Shown here one piece after another: positions 43,003 to 51,993 of a stretch of 64,000 nucleotides of DNA. The stretch's first letter is position 1, and each line of letters begins with the position of its first letter. The notes below the pieces were generated by a model. It saw only the letters and a program-made list of their open reading frames with translations, had not been told where the DNA came from and did no database searches. Position numbers and translations under genes: made by a program. Source of the DNA: an uncultured Thiotrichaceae bacterium (GTDB lineage: Bacteria; Pseudomonadota; Gammaproteobacteria; SZUA-229); contig CAZHEA010000008.1 in NCBI GenBank assembly GCA_964531165.1, positions 140 through 64,139 of the forward strand, given 5' to 3'.

Positions 43003-43257
43003 CTATAGTCTCGTCGGGGGATATACATCGTGCCTCAATTTATTGGCTTTTTCATGTGTGGCTTCCGGAATATTGGCTGTCAATAAAGAAAACTTTACCT
43101 GACTTTTCTGGACTTTCATCTGCGTAATAAACTCAATTCCATCCATTATTGGCATGTTGTAATCCACAGAATAGTAATTGACATTTTTGTTATCAGAAAA
43201 TTACAATGGTCGCTGGCTATCACCGAATTCAATGATTATTATATCAGATATTTTCAT
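43003..43257 (-). pseudogene. Receiver (REC) domain remnant with an in-frame TAA and a missing middle
   Basis: Read from ATG 43257, which overlaps the kinase stop: MKISDIIIIEFGDSQRPL*FSDNKNVNYYSVDYNMPIMDGIEFITQMKV...LLTANIPE...YPPTRL*. DYNMPIMDG is the REC phospho-acceptor motif. The in-frame stop is at 43201-43203. Only about 83 codons remain, against about 120 for a REC domain. Confidence 0.5.
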
Positions 43258-46200
43258 TGCCTCGTTCTTGATACGCTAACAGAGCCTGTTTAGCGTGAGC
43301 ATATTTCTTAAGTAAATTGTCTGTTTCTACCTTTAATGTTTCAGTAGGCTCATGTTCTCTGCACATGTTTTCTAATATTAATGCGGTTTCAGAAACGCTT
43401 ACTGCGCCAACGTTTAAACTGCTGGATTTCATGCTATGTGCATAACGCTCGAGTGTTTGAATGTCGTTATCAACCAGTAGTTCATGCATACTGTTGACCA
43501 TTTCATCTGATTGCTGTAAGTACGCTGGAATAAGCTCATCAAAAACTTCGCCAATGGTGGCTTTCATGTCAGCTAGCAATTGAAAATTAAGTGCGGAGCT
43601 AACTTCAGGCTCTGCAATGTCCCTGTTAATAAGCTCAGCAGGCTTTGATTCTGTATGATCTAACCATCGCCTTAAAACTTCAGTTAATTGTTGCCGATTA
43701 AAAGGTTTTGAAAGGTAGTCGCTCATGCCTGCTAATGTGCATTTTTCTCTGTCTGTTGACAGTGCATTGGCTGTTACTGCAATTATGGGGATATCCGCAT
43801 CTGATTCCCTGATTTTAGTGGTGGCTTCAAAACCATCCATTATCGGCATCTGGCAGTCCATTAATATCAAGTCGTATTTATTGCTTGAATACATCTGCAG
43901 TGCTTCTTTGCCGTTGTTAGCAGTATCTATTTTTAGCCCTGACTCAGACATTAATCCGATGGCAACTTTTTGGTTAATTATGACGTCCTCTACCAGTAAA
44001 ATTCTGGCATTAAACTGGATGTTTGACTTAGTGTTTTTCAATTCGTCATCTAATACAGAGTGGCGTGTTAAAAAGTTATCATTATCAGCCGGATTGTCTG
44101 ATAAACCTAAAACTCTGGTTAAGGTTTCATAAAGTAGATCACTTAAAATGGGTTTTGTTAAATATGCAGAAAAACCGATGTTCTTAAATATTTCTGCATC
44201 ACCCATTCCCGTTGCTGAGGTAAATATAATCAGAGGTACAGGATGTAAATCATTACAGGCCAGTATTTCTTTTCCTAAAATGTCGCCACTCATAACTGGC
44301 ATTACATTATCAATGATAATGAGTTGATATGGTTTTTTAGTGTTTTGTGCATTACGAATTAACGTTATAACGTCAGCAGGATTTTGCGTTTCATCAACCC
44401 GCATATTAAGTTTTGTTAGCTGCCCGCGTAAAATTTTTAGATTAATTGGATTGTCGTCTATAATTAGTATGCGCCTATTATCGAGATCTAACTTTTCAAG
44501 TCTTTCAGGTGCTTCAGCCTCTTCAAGTTTTAGTTCAATCCAGAAGGTTGAACCTTTTTTCTCCTGGCTTTTGACATCAAGTATTCCGTTCATTAATTCG
44601 ATTAACCGTCTGCTTATGGTTAACCCTAGCCCTGTTCCACCATATTTTCGACTGGTGGAATTGTCGGCCTGTGTAAATGATTGAAATAGTTTGTCTTTTA
44701 CAGCGACATCAATTCCTATGCCTGTATCGATAACTTCAATGCAAATATTATGTTGATGATGTGAATGATTAAGGGGTTTTACTTCAACTACTACCTGACC
44801 TGTCTCCGTGAATTTAATAGCATTACCGACCAGATTTAACATTATCTGTCGTATTCGTCCGGCATCACCAATCACATATTCAGGGCAGTCTGTATGAAAA
44901 TAGAAAATTAATTCAATACCTTTTTCTTCTGCTTTAACGAGTAGTAATCGGGTGACATCATAAACTGTACGCTCCAGATTGAAGGTGATTAATTCCAGAT
45001 CAATTTTTCCGGCTTCAAATTTAGAATATTCAAGAATGTCATTTATTATTTCTAATAAAGATAAGCCGGAATCAGAGATGGTTTTTATAATGTCTTTTTG
45101 TTGGGTGTTTAATGGTGTGTCCTGCAGTAGCTCAACCATGCCTAAAACCCCGTTCATCGGAGTTCTTATTTCATGGCTCATTGAAGCCAGGAAATTGCTT
45201 TTTGCTTCTGCTGCCGCCTGTGCTTCGTTCTTTGCTTTAATTAATTCATTTTCATTCTGTAATCGCTCGGTATCATTTCTGATAATTCCGGAATATTTTT
45301 TTATTCCGGAAATTAGCATTTCACTAACAGCTAAATCCATTGGGAAAGTTGTTCCATCTTTTCTTAATCCCGTAACCTTTCGGCCAAAGCCAATTATCTT
45401 TTTTTCTTGAGTGGTTTTGTAGTTTAATAAATATCCATCATGTTCTTCATGGTATGGGCTAGGCATTAGTATATTTATATTTTTTCCTAATAGTTCTAAC
45501 TTTGAATATCCAAATAATCGACAGGCTGCATTATTTATATTTTCAATTATGCCTATTTCATTAATGGATATTAAACCATCTACCAGCGAATTCATCATGG
45601 TTCTATTTCTAATTTCACTGGATTCTAGTGATAGCTGAGCTTTTTTTCTAATGATTTCCTGTGCGTCAAGATCTTTAAAAGCACGAAACACACTGATTAA
45701 CAGACCGCTTAATATGCATAGGTAACTAATTTTCTTTAGTACATGTGCAATATCAAACTGAATGTCAAATAGATTGCTCGAATATGGCATAACCGCTAAC
45801 TGAGCAATTAAATTGATAATAATGGCAACTATTAACCAATGTGAAAAAAAGTCGTTTTTCCAGTACCCCTTTTTCAAAAAGCCATATAAAACAATCGCAT
45901 AAATTATTGCGGGTATGATCTCTTCAGGTCTATAAAAAATTGAAAGTTTGTAATATCCACTGGGAAGGGGGATGAACGCAAAAAATAAAAAACTGCAAAT
46001 AGCAGTAATGAATATAAACCCAAAAATAAGCCGGGGCGATATTTTGTGTAGAGATTTATCTTCGCCCTCCCATTTTAAAGTAAAATATAGAAGTAAAAAA
46101 ATAACCGATAAAAATAATCGTGAAGCAAACCAGCTCCAGGGAATAAGCGATGACAGGTCTGATGGAAAAAAATCTCTAAACCAGATAGAGGTTACGAGCG

Positions 46201-46453
46201 CATGGTACCCGTCTAGCAGGGCAACGCCAATAAACCCGGCGCCCAGTACCAGATAGTCTGTGCCGCCGCGACTATAAAATCTCACTAGTGAAAGTGAGCC
46301 AATAAATAATGCGAGTATTGTTGCCAGCATCTCCATTAAGCTGTGTAGCTGTCCAGACCCCTGCCAGTTTGAGCTGAACAGTAATAAAGATATTACTGTA
46401 AGCCCAATACCTGTCATCCAGTATATTCTGATTCTCTGATTTACTAAGGACAT
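43244..46453 (-). CDS. Hybrid sensor histidine kinase (multi-TM sensor, PAS, HisKA, HATPase, REC, REC, HPt)
   Basis: The H-box SHEIRTPMNG and the ATPase boxes (NLVGNAIKFT, DTGIGI, GGTGLGL). Two receivers are present (IIIDNVMPVMSG; LILMDCQMPIMDG). The C-terminal HPt has HSMKSSS. Confidence 0.9.
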   Translation of the reverse strand: MSLVNQRIRIYWMTGIGLTVISLLLFSSNWQGSGQLHSLMEMLATILALFIGSLSLVRFYSRGGTDYLVLGAGFIGVALLDGYHALVTSIWFRDFFPSDLSSLIPWSWFASRLFLSVIFLLLYFTLKWEGEDKSLHKISPRLIFGFIFITAICSFLFFAFIPLPSGYYKLSIFYRPEEIIPAIIYAIVLYGFLKKGYWKNDFFSHWLIVAIIINLIAQLAVMPYSSNLFDIQFDIAHVLKKISYLCILSGLLISVFRAFKDLDAQEIIRKKAQLSLESSEIRNRTMMNSLVDGLISINEIGIIENINNAACRLFGYSKLELLGKNINILMPSPYHEEHDGYLLNYKTTQEKKIIGFGRKVTGLRKDGTTFPMDLAVSEMLISGIKKYSGIIRNDTERLQNENELIKAKNEAQAAAEAKSNFLASMSHEIRTPMNGVLGMVELLQDTPLNTQQKDIIKTISDSGLSLLEIINDILEYSKFEAGKIDLELITFNLERTVYDVTRLLLVKAEEKGIELIFYFHTDCPEYVIGDAGRIRQIMLNLVGNAIKFTETGQVVVEVKPLNHSHHQHNICIEVIDTGIGIDVAVKDKLFQSFTQADNSTSRKYGGTGLGLTISRRLIELMNGILDVKSQEKKGSTFWIELKLEEAEAPERLEKLDLDNRRILIIDDNPINLKILRGQLTKLNMRVDETQNPADVITLIRNAQNTKKPYQLIIIDNVMPVMSGDILGKEILACNDLHPVPLIIFTSATGMGDAEIFKNIGFSAYLTKPILSDLLYETLTRVLGLSDNPADNDNFLTRHSVLDDELKNTKSNIQFNARILLVEDVIINQKVAIGLMSESGLKIDTANNGKEALQMYSSNKYDLILMDCQMPIMDGFEATTKIRESDADIPIIAVTANALSTDREKCTLAGMSDYLSKPFNRQQLTEVLRRWLDHTESKPAELINRDIAEPEVSSALNFQLLADMKATIGEVFDELIPAYLQQSDEMVNSMHELLVDNDIQTLERYAHSMKSSSLNVGAVSVSETALILENMCREHEPTETLKVETDNLLKKYAHAKQALLAYQERGNENI

Positions 46454-46657
46454 AGTTATCTGACGGCCTGTTTTATCATTTTTTTGTACAGCCTGCGCAT
46501 ATGGTTTATTAATGAAATATGAGTTTTCATAGAGTTTAAAAATTATCTGAGCAGTTATTTTAGTATTGATACTTTTGCAATATTTAATATATCTACTATA
46601 GTCGAGATTGTTATGTATTTTTATAATTTGTTCTAATTAATAATAAAGGGAAGTAAA

Positions 46658-47071
46658 ATGCTTAAAACTGTCTCATATCTGTCTATCTGTTTTATCTTAT
46701 GTTTTAGCCAATTGACTTATGCTGGTAAGGTGTCTCCAACCACGGTTAAAGGTGCAACTACGGTTGATGTTGCAAAAGCTAAAGCTCTTTTTGATGATGA
46801 AGTCATATTTTTGGATGTGCGAAAAGATAGTGACTGGGATGCGGGGAGAATTCCCGGGGCATTACATATTGAATTAAAAAAGAAGCTTTCTGAGGCAGCT
46901 ATGAGTGCTGAAATTAAGAAAGATGAAGCCGTTGTGATTTACTGTAATGGTGAATCCTGTATGCGCAGCTCTAAAGCAAGTGCAATGGCAGTTGGTTGGG
47001 GATTCACTAAAGTATATTACTATCGAGATGGATTTCCCGCATGGAAGTCAGCAAATTACCCTGTTGAGTAA
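46658..47071 (+). CDS. Periplasmic rhodanese-domain protein
   Basis: Signal peptide (SQLTYAG), a rhodanese fold pattern (DVR....W..GRIPGA), and a Cys loop YCNGESCMRS. Confidence 0.75.
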   Translation: MLKTVSYLSICFILCFSQLTYAGKVSPTTVKGATTVDVAKAKALFDDEVIFLDVRKDSDWDAGRIPGALHIELKKKLSEAAMSAEIKKDEAVVIYCNGESCMRSSKASAMAVGWGFTKVYYYRDGFPAWKSANYPVE

Positions 47072-47116
47072 ACATTATTAATAATTGATTATTTTTGATT
47101 GTTTTAAAAGGAAGTC

Positions 47117-48982
47117 ATGTCTCTAAAAGTCAGGTTTTTGTGGTTAACGGGCATAGCCATGTTATTGGTTGCCGGTGTGTTGTGGACCGGTTCATATTAT
47201 TCTGCTCAGTACCAGCAGGAGCAAATAGCCAGTCATAATATTATCAGTACACGGGGGTTGGTTAATACCTTAAGCCGGAGTTATCGGGAGAATATGAATA
47301 CGGAGATAAAGGCTCTAGCGCGTAATCGTGAATTGATGAAGTCGTTGAAAGTCCCGAATCAGGAACAGGTAGCTGAAGCGGTTGCCACTAGTTTTAATCG
47401 TCTACGGGCATCGGGTATCATTGATCAGTTGATTATCGTAGGTAAGCAATCTCAGTTGCTAGTTAATGCCCCTGCCGAAGCTGGAATGCCAATAAATAGT
47501 TCGATCTTTGAAAAAGTGTTGGCCGATAAAAAAGTTGTTTATGACTCTGTTCGCCTGCCGGATGATGTGTCTGGAATGATGCTGGCATTTCCTTTATATC
47601 GGCGGGGTAAGCTCGCAGGCGTCGGGGCTTATATTCAGTACTATCCTAAATTTGTAGAAGACTTTGCTAAAAATACTGAATCTGAAGTTATCGTTCTTAA
47701 TGAAAAAAATGCAGTAGTTTATGGCAATAATCCTGAGTTGTCTGCTGCAGTGGTAGAGGACATTGATTTAGATGGGAGTGAAAAATGGCGGGTGCTATCT
47801 GTATCTGATCGTCATTACTCCGTCACTATATTGCCGATTCGTGATCAGCAATCACAGTTAGTTGGCTCACTGGTTTCATTAAAAGATGATACTCAGGCGC
47901 AGGCCGCGCAGAACCGGGTTGAAATGTTAGCCGCAGTTACCGGGTTGATTGTTCTGATAAGTAGCTTGCTTATTTTATACTGGCAGATTAGTACGGTGCT
48001 TTCGCCGCTTAAAGTGGTTGCACATGTAATGGATAGAATTTCACAGGGAGACTTTACTCAAAAAGCGCAATGCAAGGCGACCGGTGAAATATCTGAAATA
48101 CTTACGAGTATGGATGTTATGCAAAAAAATCTGCACCAGTTAATCGTGCAGGTTTTATCATCTAGCGAACAACTTGATAATGCGGCTAAAAATTCCGCAC
48201 AAATTTCAGAGCAAACAAGTCAGGGGGCATTACAACAACGCGGAGCAACGGATAGTGTAGCCACTGCAATGACGCAAATGACGAGCAGTGCGCAGGAAGT
48301 TGCAAGAAGTGCGTCTGATGCGGCAACTGCTACACAGGATGCTCAGCAGGCAACATTACAGGGGCAGGAAATAGTCACTAAAGCCATCAGCAGTATGCGC
48401 CAGTTAGCACAGGGCATCGAAACCGGGTCAGCAGCGATTGATAGTGTGAATCAAAACTCAGAAGCCATAAATGGTGTGCTGGATGTTATTAAAGGTATTG
48501 CCGAACAGACTAACTTATTGGCTTTAAATGCGGCGATTGAAGCGGCCAGAGCAGGTGAGCAGGGCAGAGGTTTTGCGGTTGTTGCTGATGAGGTAAGAAC
48601 ACTTGCAAGTCGTACTCAGGAATCTACTCAGGAAATTAATTCGATGATTGAGCAGTTGCAAAGTAGTACGCAAAATGCTGTTTCTACTATGGGAGAAAGT
48701 CGCATACTGGCAGATTCAAGTGTTGCTGATATTACCCAAACCGGGCAGGCACTAAATGAAATTACAGAGTTAGTGACACAGGCAACTTCTATGAATACGC
48801 ACATATCTGTTGCTGCAGATGAACAGGGAAGAGTAGCGGAAGAAATCAATCAGAATATTGTGCGCATTTCGCAAATTGCAGAAGAAACCACCAGTGGTTC
48901 TAATCAGACAGCGGAGTCGAGTCAGAAAGTGATGAGTCTTGCGGATGAGCTTAAGTTATTAATGAAGCAGTTCTCAGTCTGA
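47117..48982 (+). CDS. Methyl-accepting chemotaxis protein
   Basis: TM segment, a periplasmic sensor region, a second TM, a HAMP domain, and the conserved signalling hairpin (IAEQTNLLALNAAIEAARAGEQGRGFAVVADEVR). Confidence 0.9.
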   Translation: MSLKVRFLWLTGIAMLLVAGVLWTGSYYSAQYQQEQIASHNIISTRGLVNTLSRSYRENMNTEIKALARNRELMKSLKVPNQEQVAEAVATSFNRLRASGIIDQLIIVGKQSQLLVNAPAEAGMPINSSIFEKVLADKKVVYDSVRLPDDVSGMMLAFPLYRRGKLAGVGAYIQYYPKFVEDFAKNTESEVIVLNEKNAVVYGNNPELSAAVVEDIDLDGSEKWRVLSVSDRHYSVTILPIRDQQSQLVGSLVSLKDDTQAQAAQNRVEMLAAVTGLIVLISSLLILYWQISTVLSPLKVVAHVMDRISQGDFTQKAQCKATGEISEILTSMDVMQKNLHQLIVQVLSSSEQLDNAAKNSAQISEQTSQGALQQRGATDSVATAMTQMTSSAQEVARSASDAATATQDAQQATLQGQEIVTKAISSMRQLAQGIETGSAAIDSVNQNSEAINGVLDVIKGIAEQTNLLALNAAIEAARAGEQGRGFAVVADEVRTLASRTQESTQEINSMIEQLQSSTQNAVSTMGESRILADSSVADITQTGQALNEITELVTQATSMNTHISVAADEQGRVAEEINQNIVRISQIAEETTSGSNQTAESSQKVMSLADELKLLMKQFSV

Positions 48983-49112
48983 CAGTAAATTTATTTGCAT
49001 TGTATCTTATCTTACAGATACTCATATGCCAGATAAAAATCATTATATTTTATAATGATAGGCACTTACAGAGAAAATATTACATCCTCTTTTCTGGGTG
49101 CGCACTCATATA

Positions 49113-49547
49113 TTATAAATCGGTAATGCGTTGCCAGCGTGAATAAAAACCTTTAGATGTGTTAATCGTTGAAACACTCCACGGCGCACCTTTATACCAT
49201 CGGTAACTTGTTGCATTATCATTAACTTGTCGACCAAATTCATAGTTTGGTAAATCGATTTTAATTACATTCAAGGTGGTTTTGAAATTAACTAACAAGG
49301 GTGTTTTATTGTTGAAGTTGAGCTATGCTTTTGATGCGGTGATAATAGTGAGTATATTAATTCCTTCACGCTCGCCTGTTATGTTTTCTTTGAAAATCAC
49401 AATGTATTCATTGCCTTTGGTCGGTGTCAGATCTGAAATTATATTAAGTATTTCGTCATTTTAAATATTTGTTTCATTAGTCGATGTATAGAAAACAAAT
49501 AATGCGATTACGACGATTAATACTATGAATGCAAGTAATGTTTTCAT
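49113..49547 (-). pseudogene. Small membrane-anchored protein gene with two in-frame stops
   Basis: Single frame from ATG 49547: MKTLLAFIVLIVVIALFVFYTSTNETNI*NDEILNIISDLTPTKGNEYIVIFKENITGEREGINILTIITASKA*LNFNNKTPLLVNFKTT...RWQRITDL*. The stops are TAA at 49461-49463 and TAG at 49323-49325. The track reports only the last 61 aa. Confidence 0.5.
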
Positions 49548-50248
49548 AATAAATATATTATTTAATTGTTTATTGGAGAAAAGGGGCCAGTGACAAAAGA
49601 GAATTGTTTACAATGCTAAATGATTGTTGTTTGACACCACCCCCCTTTAAGTTGACCTCTTTAAGTTCTACAAATTTTTCACTTCCTAGAAAGACTTGGT
49701 TTCTTAATTGCTTCCAGGGAGAAGGTATATTTTTAGCCTTTGACACTCAAAAATGAGGGCCAGGTCTTGCCATGCAATATTTGTGGCATTGAAAGACCTG
49801 ACCACTAGAAGTGGCCCTAGAAGACCATGTATAAAAACCTATTGCTCCGTATCTCTATTGTATTCAATAGATGATGATAGTTTAGATTTACAGCTAGAAA
49901 ATAATGCGAGAAATTTTATTTTTTGGTATTGTCTGTTTCCGCATTTTCAACGTATTCAGTTGAAAATGACTTTGATAAAGCCTGTGGTTATTTTGAAATT
50001 CTGGATAGCACGCAATGCAGAAAAAAATGTCTAATGTGCAGAAAGCTGATTTTATTTCAGCTTTGGTTTCTAAGGCGCTTAAAGAAGGTAGTGCCGCAAT
50101 GAAAAAGCATATATCTACTATTTTGGAGTAACTGTTTTACATGTAATGGCTTTTATCTGAGCTGGCATATTAGATTGAAAAGTTAGATTATACCTGACAA
50201 TGACCGTGTATAGTTATTTCAGACTCTAGGGGTGTAAGCCACAACAGA

Positions 50249-51223
50249 TTAAATAGTTGAGTTTTTGAGCTCTCCGATATGTCCATTTGAAGTTAAGCAG
50301 ATAGTTTTGTTTTTTGATGTTTTAATTGAAATTATTAATTCTTTTTTATAGCAAAAATATTTATTTTTTATCTTCATGTCAGGCAGTGAGTAAGATTGTC
50401 CTGTTGTATTAAACATGAGTTCGGAGTTTTTTATGCAAAAAAAACGTTGAGCATCAGGTATTTTCTGTTTTGTATGAGTTTTTCCAGTTTCTATATTTCT
50501 AATATTTACTTCACTTATTGGAGATTTGTTTTGCATTTGAACGGGCTCTATTAACCAGGATCCACAAACAAGTGGTCGGGTAATATATAAGTCATTTGAT
50601 GCGTACCAGTTCCCCTCAAATCTCCAGCCATCTTTTTTTTCGCAAGTAGCATTTCCTGCGCTAAAAAAAGCATTTTTAGATGGGCTTTTCGGCTGGCAGG
50701 TAATTAAGTTTCCCTGATTGTCGTGGAGTAATGATAGTTTGTTTCGTTTTGTGTTTTTCTTTATAGATTGTATTTTTCCATTAATATTTAAAGAATAAAT
50801 TCCGTCAAATGATGTTAGTAGTATTTGGTTTTTATATGAACTGACGTGTAGAAAGTTTGTTTTATGATGCCATTGTTTAATGGTTTTGTTATCTGAGTCT
50901 ATAAGGGTAATTAAGCCGGTGTAATAAGTGCTTTTATCCGAACCTAAATGACTTTCAGAACCTATTAATAATATACCGGAATCAGTTGTTGCTAAATGGT
51001 CAAGTAAACTTAAGCCTTTTTCCTGAATGTCGTAGATTTTAGACCATGTTCCATTGATGTTTCCAATTTGATATTTTCCATTTTTATCCATGGCATATAT
51101 ATTAGCGTTATGAAGTGCCTCAATTTTTACAGGTTTAATTTCGAGAGTCTGGCTGACGCATGCTGTATTTACTGAGCTAATTATTAAAAATAGGGCTAGT
51201 GTTAGTTGCTTTAAAAAAATCAC
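50249..51223 (-). CDS. Secreted (possibly lipo-) protein of unknown function
   Basis: Intact 324-aa ORF with a GTG start. The N-terminal signal peptide is MIFLKQLTLALFLIISSVNTAC. The body is Asn/Lys/Ser-rich with several Cys. I recognise no family. Confidence 0.6.
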   Translation of the reverse strand: MIFLKQLTLALFLIISSVNTACVSQTLEIKPVKIEALHNANIYAMDKNGKYQIGNINGTWSKIYDIQEKGLSLLDHLATTDSGILLIGSESHLGSDKSTYYTGLITLIDSDNKTIKQWHHKTNFLHVSSYKNQILLTSFDGIYSLNINGKIQSIKKNTKRNKLSLLHDNQGNLITCQPKSPSKNAFFSAGNATCEKKDGWRFEGNWYASNDLYITRPLVCGSWLIEPVQMQNKSPISEVNIRNIETGKTHTKQKIPDAQRFFCIKNSELMFNTTGQSYSLPDMKIKNKYFCYKKELIISIKTSKNKTICLTSNGHIGELKNSTI

Positions 51224-51264
51224 TTAGTAATGTCCTCGAGTAAATAGAAAATAATTTAGTGTGT

Positions 51265-51993
51265 TTATTTATATTTCTTATTGTAAGGGTGAATAATTAA
51301 GTCAGTTCCTTCTTTGAAAGCATCTATTGAAATAAGCCTGGTTCTGTCTGTTGGTATCATGTGAATGCAACCATGTGAGGGTATTAACGATACTTTTTTT
51401 ATGCCCTGTTTTGTTCCGGCTTCATTTTCAGGCGTTGTGTGAAACATGGTGCCTTCTAGCTTTTCTTTTTTATCTAATTTTTTATTATTGTTCAAATCTT
51501 TGAAGTATCGAATAGCAAGAGGGCCAAAATCATTAAATACCCATACTTTCGGTACTTTTTTTGTGCCATATAATTGTTCGTGCCTTTCCATTATTTCTTT
51601 TCGAGTAATGTTGAAATCTTTTAATATAGACGCCTACTTACCATTTGACAGTTTGTACCAAACATTTTTTTTAGCCATTTCTGAAAGCGATTTTTCCAGG
51701 TCGCTATCTTTAATGGCTGTGCCCCATCTTATTTTTGAATAACTTCAGGAAGGGGTGGGGTATCTCATAATTGAGCCAATGACATATGCTCCTGCTGGTG
51801 TAGGTAGTATATCCATCTCGCCTGTAATACTTATTTTTTTCGATGGGCCTCCCCAGGCCTCTGACTTAAAAACTTCTTTACCTTCTTTAAAAAAGATGAT
51901 TAATCCGCCACCTATAGTCGTGTCTTTGGTTCCCGTAACGATGCTGCTTGATTTGTGAAATTAACCTGGATAGTAATGTAAGATATTAGCCAT
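51265..51993 (-). pseudogene. YkuD / L,D-transpeptidase-fold protein gene interrupted by three in-frame stops
   Basis: A single frame of 243 codons from ATG 51993. The stops are TAA 51961-51963, TGA 51745-51747 and TAG 51634-51636. The conceptual product contains TPAGAYVIG and FHTTPE-x14-LIPSHGCIHM...GTDLII (the H...SHGC catalytic signature). The track shows only the last 108 aa. Confidence 0.65.

Noticed and set aside
42896-43102. Plus-strand 68-aa ORF after rarA
   Set aside because: The opposite strand encodes the recognisable receiver motif DYNMPIMDG, and the plus-strand translation has no family resemblance.
48983-49120. Search for a direct repeat of the ssrA 3' end (island att site) at the far edge of the AT-rich islet
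   Set aside because: I could find no stretch resembling ggatcgaacccgcgtccgc or the terminal tggtggagac by eye. The absence is noted, but a short or degenerate att cannot be excluded without an alignment.
50019-50027. A AAA AAA heptamer as a programmed -1 ribosomal frameshift site
   Set aside because: The upstream frame lacks a start codon unless a second frame change at a T6 run is invoked. I saw no downstream stimulatory structure. Homopolymer indel decay is the simpler explanation.
51446-51958. Plus-strand track ORFs 51446..51742 and 51755..51958
   Set aside because: They are antisense shadows of the minus-strand L,D-transpeptidase-fold reading frame, which carries the recognisable motifs.
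51634-51963. Stop-codon reassignment, selenocysteine or pyrrolysine as an explanation for the in-frame stops
   Set aside because: All three stop codons occur in frame, and all three also terminate neighbouring housekeeping genes normally (TAA for tsf, TAG for frr, TGA for dxr and the kinase). I saw no SECIS-like hairpin directly after TGA 51745-51747.
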